Of a stretch of DNA of 64,000 bases, positions 61,201 to 64,000 are shown piece by piece. Source of the DNA: Laetmonice hystrix (lineage: Eukaryota); NCBI GenBank assembly GCA_965235115.1, contig OZ249436.1, positions 26,414,001 through 26,478,000 of the forward strand, in the 5' to 3' direction. The position numbers and the translations under genes were made by a program. The notes beneath the pieces are model-generated. The model ran no database searches. It was not told where the DNA came from and saw nothing but the letters and a program-made list of their open reading frames with translations. The stretch's first letter is position 1, and each line of letters begins with the position of its first letter.

Positions 61201-64000
61201 TATTTGACTTAATTCCGGCATTGCGCTTTTAGACAATGATTTTTTGTTTTTAAGCTCCACGGGATTAATATCAGAGCTGAAACTTTAACATACCAGAGAT
61301 AATATCATGAAGTGATACCAAGAGAAATTTTATTCAATTATAATGCATAGTTTTTGAAATATTAAAGTTTGAAGTTCGGGGCGTTTTTTTTATCCACCCG
61401 ATATATCCTTTATTATATATTTAGAATACATTTATATTTATAGGTATCTTATAGGTATCTTATAGGTTTCTTACATTTATATTTGTCTTATTATGTAACA
61501 TTGCACATCAAAGGTAATATGAACGTTATGGTGCCACCTAGTACGTAAAATTAAATTAGACGTTATGGAGGTAGTTTAGTATTATTCACCTCCACGTGGG
61601 CCAACATGAAATATTGGCCCACGTAATTTTCTAACTGGTAGGAAGCCAGCGCTCTTGGGAATCGTCAACTAAAAGCCCAAGTACTCTATCCTAGATAATA
61701 TCTGCGTTTTGGCCCTGCAAGATTGTTTTCATTGTTGAGTTAGCGTAGTTTATCAATCAAATATAATAATGAAATAATTTATCTTGTTTATTTGCTCTTC
61801 ACATCTTAAATCTGAGATATTCCACGGACTGCATTATTTCATAGCCTATATAAGACATGATTATAATGATGCCATAAAATAATGCAGACATACGGCAATA
61901 TTCCACGGACTGCATCATTTCATAACCTGTAGCTATGGAATATTGCAGCCAGGAAAATATTGCAGCACGAAGCGCAAGACTCCAATATTTCCTAGCCAAT
62001 GGCTATATGCAAAATTGTAGTCAGGAAATAAGACCACATTTTGAGGCACTCCTGCAATATTTCATGGCTGCCATATTTTATGGTACACCTGTAGTTGATA
62101 AGAGTAAAACGATTTCAATGTGTTGTGTCATAATTTGGCATACGGATGAAGGGTACATCTCCGGAACATAATCGTTACCTATTGCCAACAGTTTTGTCAT
62201 TATCCTACAGACGTCAGACCGGTTTCGAAAAAAACACTCATCTTGAAATGACCTTTGGCCCGAACTTTTTCACAGCTAACGGATATAGCTGTGTTGACAT
62301 TGTACTATGTGACACCTTGAAGAGGGTGTGAACATCAAAGGGATACTTATATCCTCTATGGGGGATATACTCCATCAACAAACAACAAAACAACCAATGA
62401 AGGTCTCAATGGAGACTCTCAATTAAAAGTTTATACCTATATGCAGGAACAAGGATAATACTTGTATTTATAAACATTAACGAATTCAAACCGAATAGAA
62501 ACAGTAAGATTTTTTTTTTCAAACTTGGGGCGACTTAATGGCTGTGTTTTTAAATTGTATACATTTGGGTTCGTGATGTGATGTGAAGTTCGTGAAGTGC
62601 AATGATGAAAGCATAATAATGACTAAGCTGTAATGCATTCAATATTAGATTAATAGGAATATAGAGCAAACGTTCAGCCTAGTTTGGTCGGAAATACTCC
62701 TTGAAATTTCGACCAAGGTTTTCAAATGACGAGGAGGTTCGGGGGGGGGGGGGGGGGGGGGTTCGCGTGGAGAGAGGCGAATTCAAGGCATTGAGAGGGA
62801 ATCCTGACATTGTGCAGTCGAGATGTGAAAATAATGCATGCTGCCTGCCAGGACAACCAAAATGGCCGTTGGGAAGTGTCGGCTTTCACGACTCAGGACT
62901 TAAAAGTTCGGATAAATATCTGTGATAGTCTAATAGCACATGGAAAGTGCACATAAATGCGTATTTAGAAGGACTTGATCAGTTGTGATAGACAAAATGA
63001 CTAAAATTTCGACAGTTTGTCCACATCGAGTAGTGAATGAAGACGCCCATTGCGGCTAGGTTTTTAACCAATGTTATCCATGACATCATAAGGATGTCAT
63101 GAATATTTCCCTAGGGCTATAACTAGTAAATGGTGGAAGGTAGAGCCATAGTTACTATACACTAATAGGAAGTAATATATGACCTTTCCTTTGACACCAT
63201 TATTGTTTAAGTCACTTGTAAATGGTTGAAGTCAGTGCCTCAGTGTAAAGGACTCGGATGACGTTTCAGTAAGGTCATCCAACAGGCTTTTTCTTTTTGG
63301 TAATGGGACAGGGTGTGGAGCGAAAGGCATGGATGAAGTGTAGAAATCGTGGATGGGCTGCTTGTTACAATGCTGACATAATCTAGGGTGATCTGCTACA
63401 ACTCGTTTATCAATACAAAAGGCAGTCAAGCCACTTGGATGCTACTGCCTTTTAACATGATTTCAAATTGCACAACTTATGCTTTGGTCTCAGAAACGAA
63501 TGACACACAGTTTGATATTAGGTATATCATAGGCCTACCTTGTAGAATAGTCGTTCTTTTTTGCAATTCCCAACAAACGGAATAGAATTGGTAGATTGGC
63601 CATAACAGAATTTTATTTAAAAGAGTTCTACTGACTATCCCGTTCGTTTCAGGTGCAGAGCATAACCTTGTTTGCAGACAAGTGGTGGCGAACTTCTGGC
63701 CTCGACTGATCTTGACGACATGGACAAAGTTTTCAATGTGAGATATAGTATAATGTTACGGTTTGCAGATAATGTTGTAGTTCATGAAGCGCCTACCATA
63801 TTTTTGTGTGTTATATTCCATTAGATCTACGAGTGTGAGGACACGGAACAGTTTACGCCATAAGTTCATTCAAAACATACGGCATTGACCAGTCAGCCGG
63901 CTTCCATCGATTTGTATAAAGTCTGGTCTGTGAGGTCCTTAGCATTTATTAACTTTGTTTTAGAACATCAAGCTAACAAGATCTTGCTCACCGCCCTTTC

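Larger units (their letters stand above)
51089..61401. mobile_element. Tc1/mariner-like element (TA flanks, ~190-bp diverged TIRs), outermost layer of the second nest
   Basis: TA|TCGGGTGGATAAAAAAAACGCCCCGAACTT ... AAGTTCGGGGCGTTTTTTTTATCCACCCGA|TA. The arm 51089-51812 (interrupted) is the reverse complement of 61215-61401. Confidence 0.65.

Noticed and set aside
63232..63384. Possible terminal exon of a neighbouring minus-strand gene (..PFAPHPVPLPKRKSLLDDLTETSSESFTLRH*)
   Set aside because: Protein-like composition, but a weak acceptor, no domain, and no upstream exon inside the window.

Overview
Eukaryotic genomic DNA from a repeat-rich invertebrate, probably lophotrochozoan (inferred from the SINE and gene types). 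The window holds one spliced minus-strand gene reconstructed here from 4 exons (48005-47609, 42879-42780, 16973-16781, 8793-8737). It encodes a 248-aa secreted protein with an N-terminal IGFBP (IB) domain and an unfamiliar 16-Cys C-terminal domain. Intron 2 contains a near full-length CR1/L2-group LINE on the + strand (~25984-30879). Its intact ORF1 is an L1-type coiled-coil/RRM/CTD protein fused to a complete NADAR (YbiA-family) N-glycosidase domain, which is the most striking finding. Its ORF2 (APE+RT) is disabled by YADD->HVDD and a premature stop. The rest is mostly non-autonomous DNA transposons (PIF/Harbinger-like, Kolobok-like TTAA, Tc1/mariner-like, hAT-like, IS3EU-like). Many are stacked in two deep nests (24393-32502 around the LINE; 51089-61401, up to six layers). 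There are also several minisatellites (40, 41, 35, ~31 and ~60 bp units) and a tRNA-derived SINE. The long ORFs over the minisatellites are artefacts, and there is no CRISPR array.
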